Positions 39,083 to 51,085 of a stretch of DNA of 64,000 nucleotides are shown here, piece after piece. This DNA is from a bacterium (GTDB lineage Bacteria; Hinthialibacterota; Hinthialibacteria; Hinthialibacterales; Hinthialibacteraceae). The notes beneath the pieces were generated by a model, which saw nothing but the letters and a program-made list of their open reading frames with translations, did no database searches and was not told the DNA's origin. Position numbers and translations under genes: made by a program. How positions within the stretch are numbered: the first letter of the stretch is position 1; each line of letters opens with the position of its first letter. The stretch lies in NCBI GenBank assembly GCA_963663405.2, contig CAXXSM010000149.1, positions 96,001 through 160,000 of the forward strand, in the 5' to 3' direction.

Positions 39083-40177
39083 TCAGGGATTGGCGTTGTT
39101 GTCAGGCTTGTCTATTATCCAGGATTCATCCAGTTCGACATGCTTGATATGGATGTCCCTGGAGATAAACACGACTTGTATACGATTATCTTTTGAAATC
39201 GCGAATCCTGGATCACGTATATTCCATTTGCCGGTTTCCAAATTTCGCTTATAGGGGAAACTCTCTCCCTCGTCCGTGGATAGAGCGACCGTTAATGGAC
39301 TTAGCCATTGTTCATGATCGTTATACAAAAGAATCAAGTGTCCGTTATTCATTCGAAGAAGTTGAATGGGGCCGCCGGGATTCAAAAGACTCATGGGCGC
39401 CGGTTGCGTCCACGTGTGGCCATTGTCATTTGATTCCGATTTCCATAAAACATGTTTGCGTTCACTTTTCTCATGGGGCCTGAGTATTGTTATAAGGTGG
39501 CCGGAAGACAACTCAGTTACTACGGGATCCACCAAGCCGGGCGGTTCATTCAACCGGGCGAGTTCATTCCAGTAGGCTCCTCCATCTCTTGAAATGAGAA
39601 ATATGGATTCCTGATTTCGACGGTCTGTGATGGGGAGAATAATACCGCCGTCCGATCGTTTCAACACGCGCCCACTCGGAACAAAGCCGGATTCCGGAAC
39701 CAGGAAAAAGTCAGGACTCCATGTTTGCCCCCCATCATGGGAATCCTTGTATTTTATATGCCAGGCGGCCATGTCCATTCCGGGAGGAACTTTACGTTTA
39801 TCACGGTAATACGTGGAATAAAAAAGTCGAAGCGCGTCATTCGGAAGCATGCAAAGCAGGGGGTAATTGTCCGGAAATCCAAACTCGTCCGCAACAATTA
39901 CCGGCGCGGCCCAATCGTTGATTCCATTCGGTTTGAATGAGATTTTTATCGAGGTGTCCAAGGCCCGTGGACCGGAACCTTCCGCCCATGCGCAGGCGAG
40001 ATCACCATTCGGCAAACAGACCAAAGAGGGATGGTAACGTTCGGGAATCAGCGCGGACGTCCGGACTACATAAGAGATCCGGAAATAGGGTTCTTCAGCA
40101 GCCCAAGCGCAAAACGCCCCGGCGAACAAAAGTCCGAGACTCATGAAAATTACCTTGTAGTGCGAATGAGATGACAT
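39083..40177 (-). CDS. Secreted BNR/Asp-box sialidase-like protein (paralog of the downstream gene)
   Basis: SHDGGQTW, SRDGGAYW, SNDNGHTW, STDEGESF; C-terminus IKHVELDESWI parallels IKHAELNEKWI. Confidence 0.82.
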   Translation of the reverse strand: MSSHSHYKVIFMSLGLLFAGAFCAWAAEEPYFRISYVVRTSALIPERYHPSLVCLPNGDLACAWAEGSGPRALDTSIKISFKPNGINDWAAPVIVADEFGFPDNYPLLCMLPNDALRLFYSTYYRDKRKVPPGMDMAAWHIKYKDSHDGGQTWSPDFFLVPESGFVPSGRVLKRSDGGIILPITDRRNQESIFLISRDGGAYWNELARLNEPPGLVDPVVTELSSGHLITILRPHEKSERKHVLWKSESNDNGHTWTQPAPMSLLNPGGPIQLLRMNNGHLILLYNDHEQWLSPLTVALSTDEGESFPYKRNLETGKWNIRDPGFAISKDNRIQVVFISRDIHIKHVELDESWIIDKPDNNANP

Positions 40178-40410
40178 GCTTCTATAGCGGTTTCCAAAAC
40201 TATGTTCGGTTCTAGAGCGCGTTTCGATCCAAAAATTTTGGACCTATTTTGACTTGACACACACGTGAACCAATCCGAGTATAACACCCATACGCTGCAT
40301 CATGTCAAAAATCCGAAATACATTCAATAGCGGTTTATCAATATAATTCGTCCCTATATCGCGAAATCCTATTATTGAGTGATGTTACGTAAATTTATTG
40401 ATTAAGATTT

Positions 40411-40553
40411 TTGTCTGAATCCGGATGGACAGGATAAGCAGGATATACAGGATAGGTATTTTCTGAGTGATATTGATCATCGAATGGTATAATTCGTAAT
40501 TAAAGTTTTTATCCTGGTTATCCTTTTCATCTTGGGTATCCAGATTCAGACAA
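40411..40553. repeat. Palindromic element with TTGTCTGAA..TTCAGACAA termini and 9-bp periodic arms (copy 1)
   Basis: Termini are complementary at 15/16; GGAT at 40423, 40432, 40441, 40450; ATC at 40511, 40520, 40529, 40538. Confidence 0.8.
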
Positions 40554-40601
40554 TAACTGATTCTGATAAGAACTTCAATCTATTGGTTTGCGTAACATTA
40601 G

Positions 40602-42650
<2,049 letters not shown>

Positions 42651-43682
42651 TCAGGTTACCAGTCCACTAGTTCCCGGACAAGATAAAATTTGGGAAAAAG
42701 CAGATTATTGTTTTCTTCCATAAAACCATCGACAACAGCATGTTGCGCAAGGTTTGTTGCTGGATAAATACGAATTCCCACGATAGGAGTTTTGTATCCT
42801 TTTTTTTTGTATCCCCTTTGATTTTCGATGTTCTTCATTCATCGATAAATCGTCAATCGAGCCACACTGAGACGTTTCGTCATCTCACGAGTTGAAATTT
42901 GAAAAAAACCCTTGTATAAAAGAATCCATAACCGTTCTCGGAGTGAATAACGGGGTTTATGATTCATCTTTTTTCGTTGGCGCCGGTAAATTTCCAATTC
43001 CGTTTTTAATTGGAAAATTCGATCGTGTTAAATCGAATCTCAACTTCTCGATTCTCATCTTGATCAATAGAATTTTGGAATTGTCGGATCCAATCCCTCC
43101 CCACCCAACACGCAGATAATATTAGCGCCTACAAAATCAATGGTATCGCTGCTTGAATAATCTCCATAGTGGTTATGTTTATGAGTATTAACTGAATCAT
43201 ACATATTAACATTAAATGAATGAAACTCAGTTACCTGTTGTTGCTCTCGATTTCCCCCACCCGCGATAGTGAGCGATGAAAGGCGCCATGGCTATAAAAT
43301 GAATTTCATTGTATCCCTGGTTTCAAAGTGATTGCCATAGAATCGGGGAAGGGAAGTGGTATGACAATGCGCCGGAATCAAGGCTGGGACATTTTTCCAA
43401 GTCTTGAAATAAAGGATGCTTACAGTTTAGTCAACTTTTTTGACCATATGGGATACAAGAAAGTGAAAACGAGGCGTATGATGACACTTCTCCTTCGAAG
43501 GATCAACGAATCGAAAGTACAAAGGGATAAGGAGATACCTTGCACCATTTCTCTTTTATTTCTAAGTTATGATAAGCGAGGGCGCCTAGGGCAAGGCTTT
43601 TTTCTATCCTGGCCTTATTCTCACAAACCAAATGGAATGCGGGCCCTGGGTAAGTACCTGCGCTCGCCCCAGAGCCTTTACT

Positions 43683-44900
43683 TTATTCACCCGATTTGGA
43701 AAGATAGACGCGCAGCGCTTTGACGAGATCATAACCAAACGCCTTCAGGTTATCCGCTGTAATCACTTGCCCGCTTGCTTCCGCGTAAGGGATTTCGATG
43801 GAAGAGGAAAAACGAATACCGGGGAGTTCCGACGCCCAACGGGCGGCGCTTTTTCCTGCAGTGAAATTACTATCCTTGTTCCACGAGACTCCATAGGGCA
43901 GATTGTTTTTTGCTTCGAAAAGCAGGGGGCCGGTCCGTGTTTGTTCTAAGATTTTGCTAAACTGTTCTACTTGTTCCCAGATTATTTTGTTAGGGCCACC
44001 GACAAAATAGATCCATTCGTTATAATTCCCCCGGATATATGGATTATGAAAGTCCAGAAAAAAAGTCAGTTTTCCATTTGACCATTGGGGCGCGTATTCC
44101 CGCAGCGCTTTTACGGAAGGGTATAGGCTCGTTCCAACATAATCGCGGCAGTGATCTCTTGGTTTTCTGTTTTTGCCTTGATCGCCGTCTTCCACGCCGT
44201 CTTTATCCATAAAAGGAATAATGAGGAATTCGACGTGTTCCCGCAACCATGCGCCCGCTGGATTCTCCGTGAGAATCGTTTCCATGATTCCTTCAATTGT
44301 GTAGCTGGCGGTCATTTCACAGGAATGATGCCGGCAAGTCAACAGCACACGATAGTCGCAGTTCCCATCCAATCGGCCCAAATATATACGTTCTACTGGC
44401 CGGCCTTTTTTTGTGTGACAAAGGGTGTCTGCTTTTAGGTAAGGGGAATTCTGATATTTCTTCAGGAAGCGCCGCAAGTCTTCCTCTTGATAGGGGATCG
44501 ATAAACAGAAACGGACTTCGGAGGAGTCTTGGGGAAAGGTGTATGAAAAGGATTGATCCGCGAAAGACTCTTTTCCGAGCCAGGACCATGTGGCGCCTCG
44601 ATCGAGGCTGACGGCCGGGCCCATTACTCCAATCACATTGCTTTTTGTAAAATGGAATCGCAGCGTTCGTCCTTCGGCGCCGCGCACGCGGAAATACCAA
44701 TAGAACCAATCCCCTTCTGTATCCCGGAGATCTTGATGGAGATAGACATCCTGACCCGCGATTCGTTCAACGATGATGTTTCCACCAGGAAAATCGCAGT
44801 CGATTGAGATATCCGTATCGCAGAATGAGGCCGGACAGAGGAAAAGCAGGAGAGCGATTATTCCAATTGTCTGTACATTAACACGCAGCGCTGGTTTCAT
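43683..44900 (-). CDS. Secreted M14 family zinc carboxypeptidase-like protein
   Basis: DFPGGN, WFYWYF, RHHSCE (HxxE), PFMDKDGV..G..GKNR, LDFH, IEIPY. Confidence 0.82.
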   Translation of the reverse strand: MKPALRVNVQTIGIIALLLFLCPASFCDTDISIDCDFPGGNIIVERIAGQDVYLHQDLRDTEGDWFYWYFRVRGAEGRTLRFHFTKSNVIGVMGPAVSLDRGATWSWLGKESFADQSFSYTFPQDSSEVRFCLSIPYQEEDLRRFLKKYQNSPYLKADTLCHTKKGRPVERIYLGRLDGNCDYRVLLTCRHHSCEMTASYTIEGIMETILTENPAGAWLREHVEFLIIPFMDKDGVEDGDQGKNRKPRDHCRDYVGTSLYPSVKALREYAPQWSNGKLTFFLDFHNPYIRGNYNEWIYFVGGPNKIIWEQVEQFSKILEQTRTGPLLFEAKNNLPYGVSWNKDSNFTAGKSAARWASELPGIRFSSSIEIPYAEASGQVITADNLKAFGYDLVKALRVYLSKSGE

Positions 44901-45075
44901 GATAGATCACCTTCGATGATGATTGTCTTGGTTGGTATGGCTCAGTTTTTCCCTTTTGTAATTTAAGAACAAATTATTATAAACATATAGCGGGAAAAGA
45001 AAGAAATGGTGGAAGAAAATCAAAAAACCTGTACACTAAAGTTAATTATTCCACTCTATTATACCAGGACAGCCT

Positions 45076-46281
45076 ATGGGATCAGAGAGTTACAATCCAC
45101 AAGCGAATGTAGAAAGCGTTCTCGCGGAACGCGCGTTTCTGGTGAATGTTCGCTTCCCTGAGCAAGATGAAAGCGATAGCAACGCCGTGAAGGAAGAGAT
45201 GACCCGTCTGGCGGAAACCGCCGGATTAACTACGTCACAATCCGTCACCCAGCATCTGAAGAAGATCAATCCCAAGACGTTGATAGGAAAAGGGAAGGTG
45301 GAGGAAATCGCCGAACGAATCCGTATGGGACCCGAAATCGACGCGTTTCAGCGTGGAGAACAGAATCGGGGGATCGATATCGTCGTGTTCAACTGCGATC
45401 TCTCACCCGTTCATCAACGCAATCTGGAAAAATCGTTGGGACGGCGTGTGATTGATCGTTCAGAGTTGATCCTTGATATTTTCGCGCAACACGCGGAAAC
45501 GCGGGATGGGAAGATCCAAGTTGAATTGGCCCAATTACAATACTTGAAGCCGCGATTAACGGGCCGGGGTGTGACACTCTCGCGCCTTGGTGGTGGAATC
45601 GGCACACGGGGGCCGGGGGAAACGAAACTGGAAATCGACCGGCGTAAAATTGACGGCCGCATTCGAAAATTGAAAAATGAGTATGATAAACGGCGGGCGG
45701 TGGGCCGCATCCAGCGTCAGGGGCGAAAACGAAATGGCGCCGTCTCTATGGCGCTGGTCGGATATACGAACGCGGGGAAATCGACCATTCTGAACCGGTT
45801 GACGAAATCGCAGTTGGTTGTGAAAGATCAGCTGTTCTGCACATTGGACACAACGACCCGGCGGCTCTATCTGCCGGATGGAACGCGTGTGCTGCTCTCG
45901 GACACGGTTGGATTCATCGAAAACCTGCCGCCTTCTCTGCTGGGCGCGTTCCGTGCGACGCTGGCGGAAGTGGAGGAAGCGGACGCGTTGATTCATGTGC
46001 TGGACGCGTCCAGTGAAGACGCGGAACGGCAGATTGAAGCCGTGATGGAAACCCTCGACGATTTAAAAGCGTTGAATAAACCAACACTCACTCTCTTGAA
46101 CAAACGCGACGCGGTCAAAGATCCGGTCCAACTGCGCCGCTTGGAACGGATGTGTGAGCCCGCTCTTTCGTTTTCCGCCTTGTATGAAGACGATCTCGAT
46201 GTTTTTTTCGATGCTTTGATACAACTGGCGGAAGAAACGCGCAATCAACCTACTGTGAAAGAAGAATTCGTTTCAATTTAA
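45076..46281 (+). CDS. hflX: GTPase HflX
   Basis: LILDIFAQHA, QVELAQLQY, GGIGTRGPGETKLEIDRR, GYTNAGKST, FCTLD, DTVGFI, NKRD. Confidence 0.97.
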   Translation: MGSESYNPQANVESVLAERAFLVNVRFPEQDESDSNAVKEEMTRLAETAGLTTSQSVTQHLKKINPKTLIGKGKVEEIAERIRMGPEIDAFQRGEQNRGIDIVVFNCDLSPVHQRNLEKSLGRRVIDRSELILDIFAQHAETRDGKIQVELAQLQYLKPRLTGRGVTLSRLGGGIGTRGPGETKLEIDRRKIDGRIRKLKNEYDKRRAVGRIQRQGRKRNGAVSMALVGYTNAGKSTILNRLTKSQLVVKDQLFCTLDTTTRRLYLPDGTRVLLSDTVGFIENLPPSLLGAFRATLAEVEEADALIHVLDASSEDAERQIEAVMETLDDLKALNKPTLTLLNKRDAVKDPVQLRRLERMCEPALSFSALYEDDLDVFFDALIQLAEETRNQPTVKEEFVSI

Positions 46282-46323
46282 ACACCCACTGATTTGGATA
46301 CGAAGGAATATGAGTGACTCCCT

Positions 46324-47022
46324 ATGCGCATTGAAGTCATTATTCCCGCGTTGAATGAAGAGCGCTCCATTGAACGGGTGATTCAAGCGATTCCAACAGA
46401 CATAGTGGAACGAGTGATCGCTGTTGACAACGGATCCACCGACGCGACGGCGGAACGGGCGCGGAACGCGGGCGCTGTGGTGATTTCTGAACCGGAACGT
46501 GGATATGGGAGCGCTTGTCTGCGGGGTGTCGAGGAAGCCCGGCGGGCGGATATTCTCGTATTTCTCGACGCGGATTCTAGCGACGATCCAAGGGAATTGC
46601 CTCTTCTAGTTGATCCCATTCAGAATGAGGAAGCGGAATTTGTTGTTGGCTCTCGTGTTCGGGGAAACCGGGAACTAGGAGCGATGCCTATTCATGCGCT
46701 CTTTGGGAATCGATTGGCTTGTTTTCTGATCTGGATTCTCTTTGGAAAACGATTCACCGACCTGGGTCCGTTTCGCGCTATCCGCCGTGACACGTTTGAT
46801 CGTCTCGCTATGCAAGACCGGACCTATGGATGGACGGTGGAAATGCAGGCGAAGGTCGCGATTCTAGGGATATCCAGCTGCGAAATACCCGTTTCGTACC
46901 GCAAGCGAGTAGGGCGTTCTAAGATTTCTGGCACAGTATGGGGGAGTGTGAATGCGGGTTTGATGATTCTGTGGACGATATTCAAACTGTGGTTACAGAG
47001 GAATCGAATTCGGTATAGGTAG
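46324..47022 (+). CDS. Glycosyltransferase family 2 (DPM1-like)
   Basis: IIPALNEE, VDNGSTD, GYGSAC, FLDAD, TDLGPFRAIR, YGWTVEMQ. Confidence 0.93.
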   Translation: MRIEVIIPALNEERSIERVIQAIPTDIVERVIAVDNGSTDATAERARNAGAVVISEPERGYGSACLRGVEEARRADILVFLDADSSDDPRELPLLVDPIQNEEAEFVVGSRVRGNRELGAMPIHALFGNRLACFLIWILFGKRFTDLGPFRAIRRDTFDRLAMQDRTYGWTVEMQAKVAILGISSCEIPVSYRKRVGRSKISGTVWGSVNAGLMILWTIFKLWLQRNRIRYR

Positions 47023-47112
47023 AGATTTATACAATTAAGGTAGGAATGAGTTTGGGGATGCGGTATAAAGGGATTAAATACGTCTATAACACAAGTTCGG
47101 AGGTATAAAACA

Positions 47113-48468
47113 ATGCGTTTGATTTGGGCTGAAATTTCTTTATTCGTTCTGTTTTTCAGTTTATTTTGCGTAGTGGATGGATTATCCATTCATGAAACGT
47201 CGGCGTTTGAGGTGGGTGTGGCTAAAGTTGATATCACGCCACCGTTGGGGATGCCGATGCGCGGATACGCCGCGCGGAAAGAACCCTCGAATGGAATCTG
47301 GGATCCGCTGATTGCGAAAGCGCTTCTCATGGATGATGGAAAAATCCGGGTAATTCTATTCGCCTTCGATCTAATCGCTCCCCCTCCAAAAGAGATCTGT
47401 GACCGGATTCGCGAAACAGCGCGGGAGCGATATGGTGTTTCCGCCATTTTCTTCGCCGCCAGTCATACGCATTCCGGCCCCAGTCTAAAACCAGGATTGC
47501 CGAAGGCGGACGCGCCTTGGCTGGATGAATTGGAAAGGAAACTGATTACAATCGCAGGGCAGGCGTTCTCTTCGAAAACGCCTGCCGTTATGGAGGTTGG
47601 ATATGGCAAGTCGGATATCTCATTCGATCGCCGTGTCGTGAATCCAGACGGAAGCGTGACTATGAAATGGAGAAACGCCGAACGGACTCCGACCGCTCCA
47701 ATCGATCAGACTGTCGGTGTTGTAGGATTCAAAGATGGGGAAGGGAGTCGGATTGCGACGCTGGTTCATTTCGCTTGCCATCCAGTGATCATGGGTGGGA
47801 AGAATTTGAAATACAGCGCGGATTTTCCCGGCGCGATGCGGGCGTACGTCGAAGAACGGCTGGGAGGTGAATGTCTATTTTTACAGGGCGCTTGTGGGAA
47901 CGCCAATCCCTATCCACCTACAGAACCGGATGAAGCGGGATACGCGGCGTTGAAGCAGGAAGGAATTGCACTCGCGAAAGAAGTGATCCGTATCTCTTCA
48001 TTTATGAATCCCATCCTGGAAGAATCGCTTACTCTAACAACGCATTCCTTCAAAACCCAATTTGATTACCGGTTTGATTTTAAGGATGAAAAAGTTAAAG
48101 AGTATTATGTCTCGCGATATGGACAGGAATATTTTGATGAGTTTTATTCGAAACTTCCACCCGTTCTCACGATCGAAACACCGATGCTGCTCGTTGGGAA
48201 CTCCGTCGCATGGGTCGGATTTCCGGGAGAATTCTTTAATGATTTTCAAGTGGAATTACATAAACGTTCCCCAATTCCTAATACCTTTTTCCTGGGATAT
48301 TGCGACGAACTGCACTCCTACTTTCCGACGATCCAAGCGGCCGCAGAAGGAGGGTATGGAGCGAGTTATGCGACGTATGTGGAAGTGGGCGCTGGGGAGC
48401 GATTAGTTGACAAAGCGGTGGTGAGTCTGCATACACTAGCAGGGAATTTGCAGGCGCTCCCACGATGA
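47113..48468 (+). CDS. Neutral/alkaline ceramidase-like amidohydrolase
   Basis: VDITPP, ASHTHSGP, HFACHP, SADFPG, FLQGACGN, GFPGEFF, GGYGA. Confidence 0.82.
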   Translation: MRLIWAEISLFVLFFSLFCVVDGLSIHETSAFEVGVAKVDITPPLGMPMRGYAARKEPSNGIWDPLIAKALLMDDGKIRVILFAFDLIAPPPKEICDRIRETARERYGVSAIFFAASHTHSGPSLKPGLPKADAPWLDELERKLITIAGQAFSSKTPAVMEVGYGKSDISFDRRVVNPDGSVTMKWRNAERTPTAPIDQTVGVVGFKDGEGSRIATLVHFACHPVIMGGKNLKYSADFPGAMRAYVEERLGGECLFLQGACGNANPYPPTEPDEAGYAALKQEGIALAKEVIRISSFMNPILEESLTLTTHSFKTQFDYRFDFKDEKVKEYYVSRYGQEYFDEFYSKLPPVLTIETPMLLVGNSVAWVGFPGEFFNDFQVELHKRSPIPNTFFLGYCDELHSYFPTIQAAAEGGYGASYATYVEVGAGERLVDKAVVSLHTLAGNLQALPR

Positions 48469-48544
48469 GGGGAGATTAACGCTTTGTGATTGATCTAACA
48501 GGATTGGTGTAGGTTATCGTATCCGGTTCTATAATGTTAATCTG

Positions 48545-48850
48545 TTAAAAAGAGTCAATATCATCAAATTCATGACTCACCCGCCGTTCTCGAGTCTCTT
48601 TTTTTTTGACGACACGCTCTCCTTTTTGCCATTCTTCGGACCATAAATAGGCTTGATCTGGATCAATCAAGCCAGCCTTGACCGCGGCTTCAATTTCCTT
48701 TCGGGATAACCCCCTGGAGTTCATGAGATCCTCATTCATGAGTTCCATTTTCTTTTTTACCCGTTCGAGGGCTTTTTTTTCTGAGGCTGTTAGTTTTACG
48801 ACCGGTTTTTCTTCGCTGGATTGATTGTGATTGATTCTGGTTGATGTCAT
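48545..48850 (-). CDS. Small protein resembling AbrB/MazE-type antitoxin C-termini; possibly degenerate
   Basis: IDPDQAYLWSEEWQKGER resembles the DQAWFWTEEWQ.GE motif; no adjacent toxin ORF seen. Confidence 0.5.
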   Translation of the reverse strand: MTSTRINHNQSSEEKPVVKLTASEKKALERVKKKMELMNEDLMNSRGLSRKEIEAAVKAGLIDPDQAYLWSEEWQKGERVVKKKETRERRVSHEFDDIDSF

Positions 48851-49099
48851 GACGCTTCTCTTTTGATACGGTAGTTACCAAGGTCCTGTAAGACGAAACT
48901 TACCAAATATATTGTGCAAAGCATGATACTCAATAACTCTATCAATGGGTAAATATTTTAAGTTTCGGCTTTTACCGTTTCATCCTTTTTGGGAATGATT
49001 TGCTATCTTGAATAGCTTAGTTGAGTCAATTTTTTTTGTCAAATCATTACTAAGAATTATAATGAGATGAACGAGACATTAAATAGTTTTCTCTCATAA

Positions 49100-51001
49100 T
49101 TATAAAGAGAGTAGATATTCTTCAAGGTCTGTGATCTCTCTTGGGGTAAGGTGGGATGTTTTTCCATGTTCGTCTCGTGGATTGTTTGTTGTAAGAATAT
49201 CCCGGAGCGTGCCGCTGCGTCCGTCATGCAGGTAGGGGGCGGTGCGCCAAATTTCAATGAGCGTGGGCGTATCGAAGGCGTTTTGACGGTCCAACTCACC
49301 ACGCGTTCCGACGTTGTATGAATTCAAGTCAGTGTACGCAGGGCCGCTGTGACACGACGCGCATCCCACATCATCGCGATGAAATAGTTCTTTTCCTCTC
49401 GCGATCGCTTCCTGATAACAAGCGCTGTTTTGCGTTGGACTTGGCGCAGCGCGCATTGATTTGAGATAGTCGTCTATCGCAATGGCGTCTTCTTCAGGAC
49501 GAACCATAAAAAGAATATGCTTAATGCCCGAACGTACAGCCATCTCCGCGGTGAGACGGACACCGGTACCCATTGAAGGTGGCGTTTCGTGGGATAGCAA
49601 AAGGGATTTTGTGTTTTTCGGATTTCCTACGCCATCGTTCAGCAGATCCCAATTCAGCCCATCGGCGCGGCCATCGGGATGGCAGCTGGCGCAGCTCTGC
49701 CAGCCTTGAAAACAGAGACCGGCGTCGTTGAAATAGATTTCTCCCTGACGGATGGAATCGATTTCCTTCTTGGGGCCAAGGGAAATCGTTTCGGGGCGCA
49801 TTCGTGATCCAGGGCGGATATCCACTACGTTGAGATCGTCTGAATAATAATTTGTCGTATAGACATTACAGTTGACTACCGCGAGCGCACGTGGCCCCTT
49901 ACCTGGAAGCCGGACACGTCTTCTGATATCAACAAGAAACGATAGATCGTTGGGAACGTCCGAAGCCGTCATGGAGGTGGGCGCGTTGCTGTAATCCAGT
50001 GGTTGGATCGCACTCGAATCCTTGGGCAATTTATTCAATTTTGAAATAAGGGCGGACGCGTCGATGACGCTTAACTCATGTGTCCCGGCGTGAGTGACGC
50101 AGATCGTTTTTCCATCATTCGCAAACGAGACGCCCCACGGATTCGCCGCGCCTCGATCGATGTCGTCCACCAAAACAGTATTTAGTAGTGTCTGCGTGGT
50201 CAGATCAATGATACTTAACGCGTTGGTATTCATCCACCCGCGATCCAGCTGAAACGTAGGCAACTGGTATCGGGCGAGCACATGAGTGACGCACGCGTAT
50301 TTGCCACAGGGCGCAATGGCGATCTCTCTTACGTTGACACTGCCATTCGGAAGTGGGATTTCTTTTATCACTCGCAAGGAGAGCGTATCGATGACGGAGA
50401 CCTTTGCGGAAATGGATAACGCGGTTGAGGGGCCGTCCGGCAAGTGATTGGCGGCAAGGAGATAGCGTCCACATGGCGTTAACGCCGCGCTCACAGGTTC
50501 ACGAACAACGGGAATTCGCGTGATTTCCGTTAAGGTGTTTAAATCAATTACCCCTATGTCATTGTCAAATCGATTGCATGTGTATAATCGCTTTCCATCA
50601 TTGCTGATTACGGGCGAGCAAACGCCGTTTCCTGCTTTGAGAGTGTATGCGATGCTCTGTGTGTTTACATCGATGGCCACAATTCGCGGCGCCGGATCTG
50701 GGCAGGCGGCGAATAGGATGGATTCATCCGGCGCCAGGGCCAATCCAGTGGGCTCCGCTGGAAGGGGAATGGAACTGATAACTTTGTGAGCGCCGGGGTG
50801 GATCAAAGAGATTCGCTGAGCGGTTTTTTCCGCAACGTAGAGTATCTTTCCATCAGCGGAAGCGAGTATGTCAATAGGGGAACGGTAAACAGGGGCCGTT
50901 TCAGAAACGGCCGACACAACTGATAATCCGGCGAGGGTGAGCGCGCATAGGATGAATTTTTTCATTGGTTTCCTTTTTTTATAATTTAGTGTTTTCAACA
51001 T
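49100..51001 (-). CDS. Secreted YVTN-type beta-propeller fused to a di-haem cytochrome c (CcP/MauG-like) domain; likely start ~50965
   Basis: Repeated propeller blades (..DGK.LY..), two CxxCH (CASCH twice), KNTKSL, FDTPTL..WRTAPYLHDG. Confidence 0.85.
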   Translation of the reverse strand: MLKTLNYKKRKPMKKFILCALTLAGLSVVSAVSETAPVYRSPIDILASADGKILYVAEKTAQRISLIHPGAHKVISSIPLPAEPTGLALAPDESILFAACPDPAPRIVAIDVNTQSIAYTLKAGNGVCSPVISNDGKRLYTCNRFDNDIGVIDLNTLTEITRIPVVREPVSAALTPCGRYLLAANHLPDGPSTALSISAKVSVIDTLSLRVIKEIPLPNGSVNVREIAIAPCGKYACVTHVLARYQLPTFQLDRGWMNTNALSIIDLTTQTLLNTVLVDDIDRGAANPWGVSFANDGKTICVTHAGTHELSVIDASALISKLNKLPKDSSAIQPLDYSNAPTSMTASDVPNDLSFLVDIRRRVRLPGKGPRALAVVNCNVYTTNYYSDDLNVVDIRPGSRMRPETISLGPKKEIDSIRQGEIYFNDAGLCFQGWQSCASCHPDGRADGLNWDLLNDGVGNPKNTKSLLLSHETPPSMGTGVRLTAEMAVRSGIKHILFMVRPEEDAIAIDDYLKSMRAAPSPTQNSACYQEAIARGKELFHRDDVGCASCHSGPAYTDLNSYNVGTRGELDRQNAFDTPTLIEIWRTAPYLHDGRSGTLRDILTTNNPRDEHGKTSHLTPREITDLEEYLLSL

Positions 51002-51085
51002 TGTTTTTGGGATATTACAAAGGCATTAAAAATCAATACGCGGCGCAAGACCTGTGCTTGCCCTTGTCACTCATTCGTGATCACA

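Noticed and set aside
40183-40340. TATAGCGGTTT / AATAGCGGTTT / TAGAGCGCGTTT motifs resembling IS630/IS5 ends
   Set aside because: No matching inverted partner or transposase found.
40411-40553. CRISPR or tandem-repeat interpretation of the periodic GGAT units; also identity with the locus A operator (shared TTGTCTGA)
   Set aside because: Units are 9 bp in inverted arms with no spacers or cas genes; the operator continues TAAT and sits in promoters, so the 8-bp overlap is likely coincidental.
42656-43680. Long intergenic region checked for a riboswitch/ncRNA or real small ORFs
   Set aside because: Only weak hairpins and unconvincing ORFs; no family recognised by eye (an Rfam scan would be needed).
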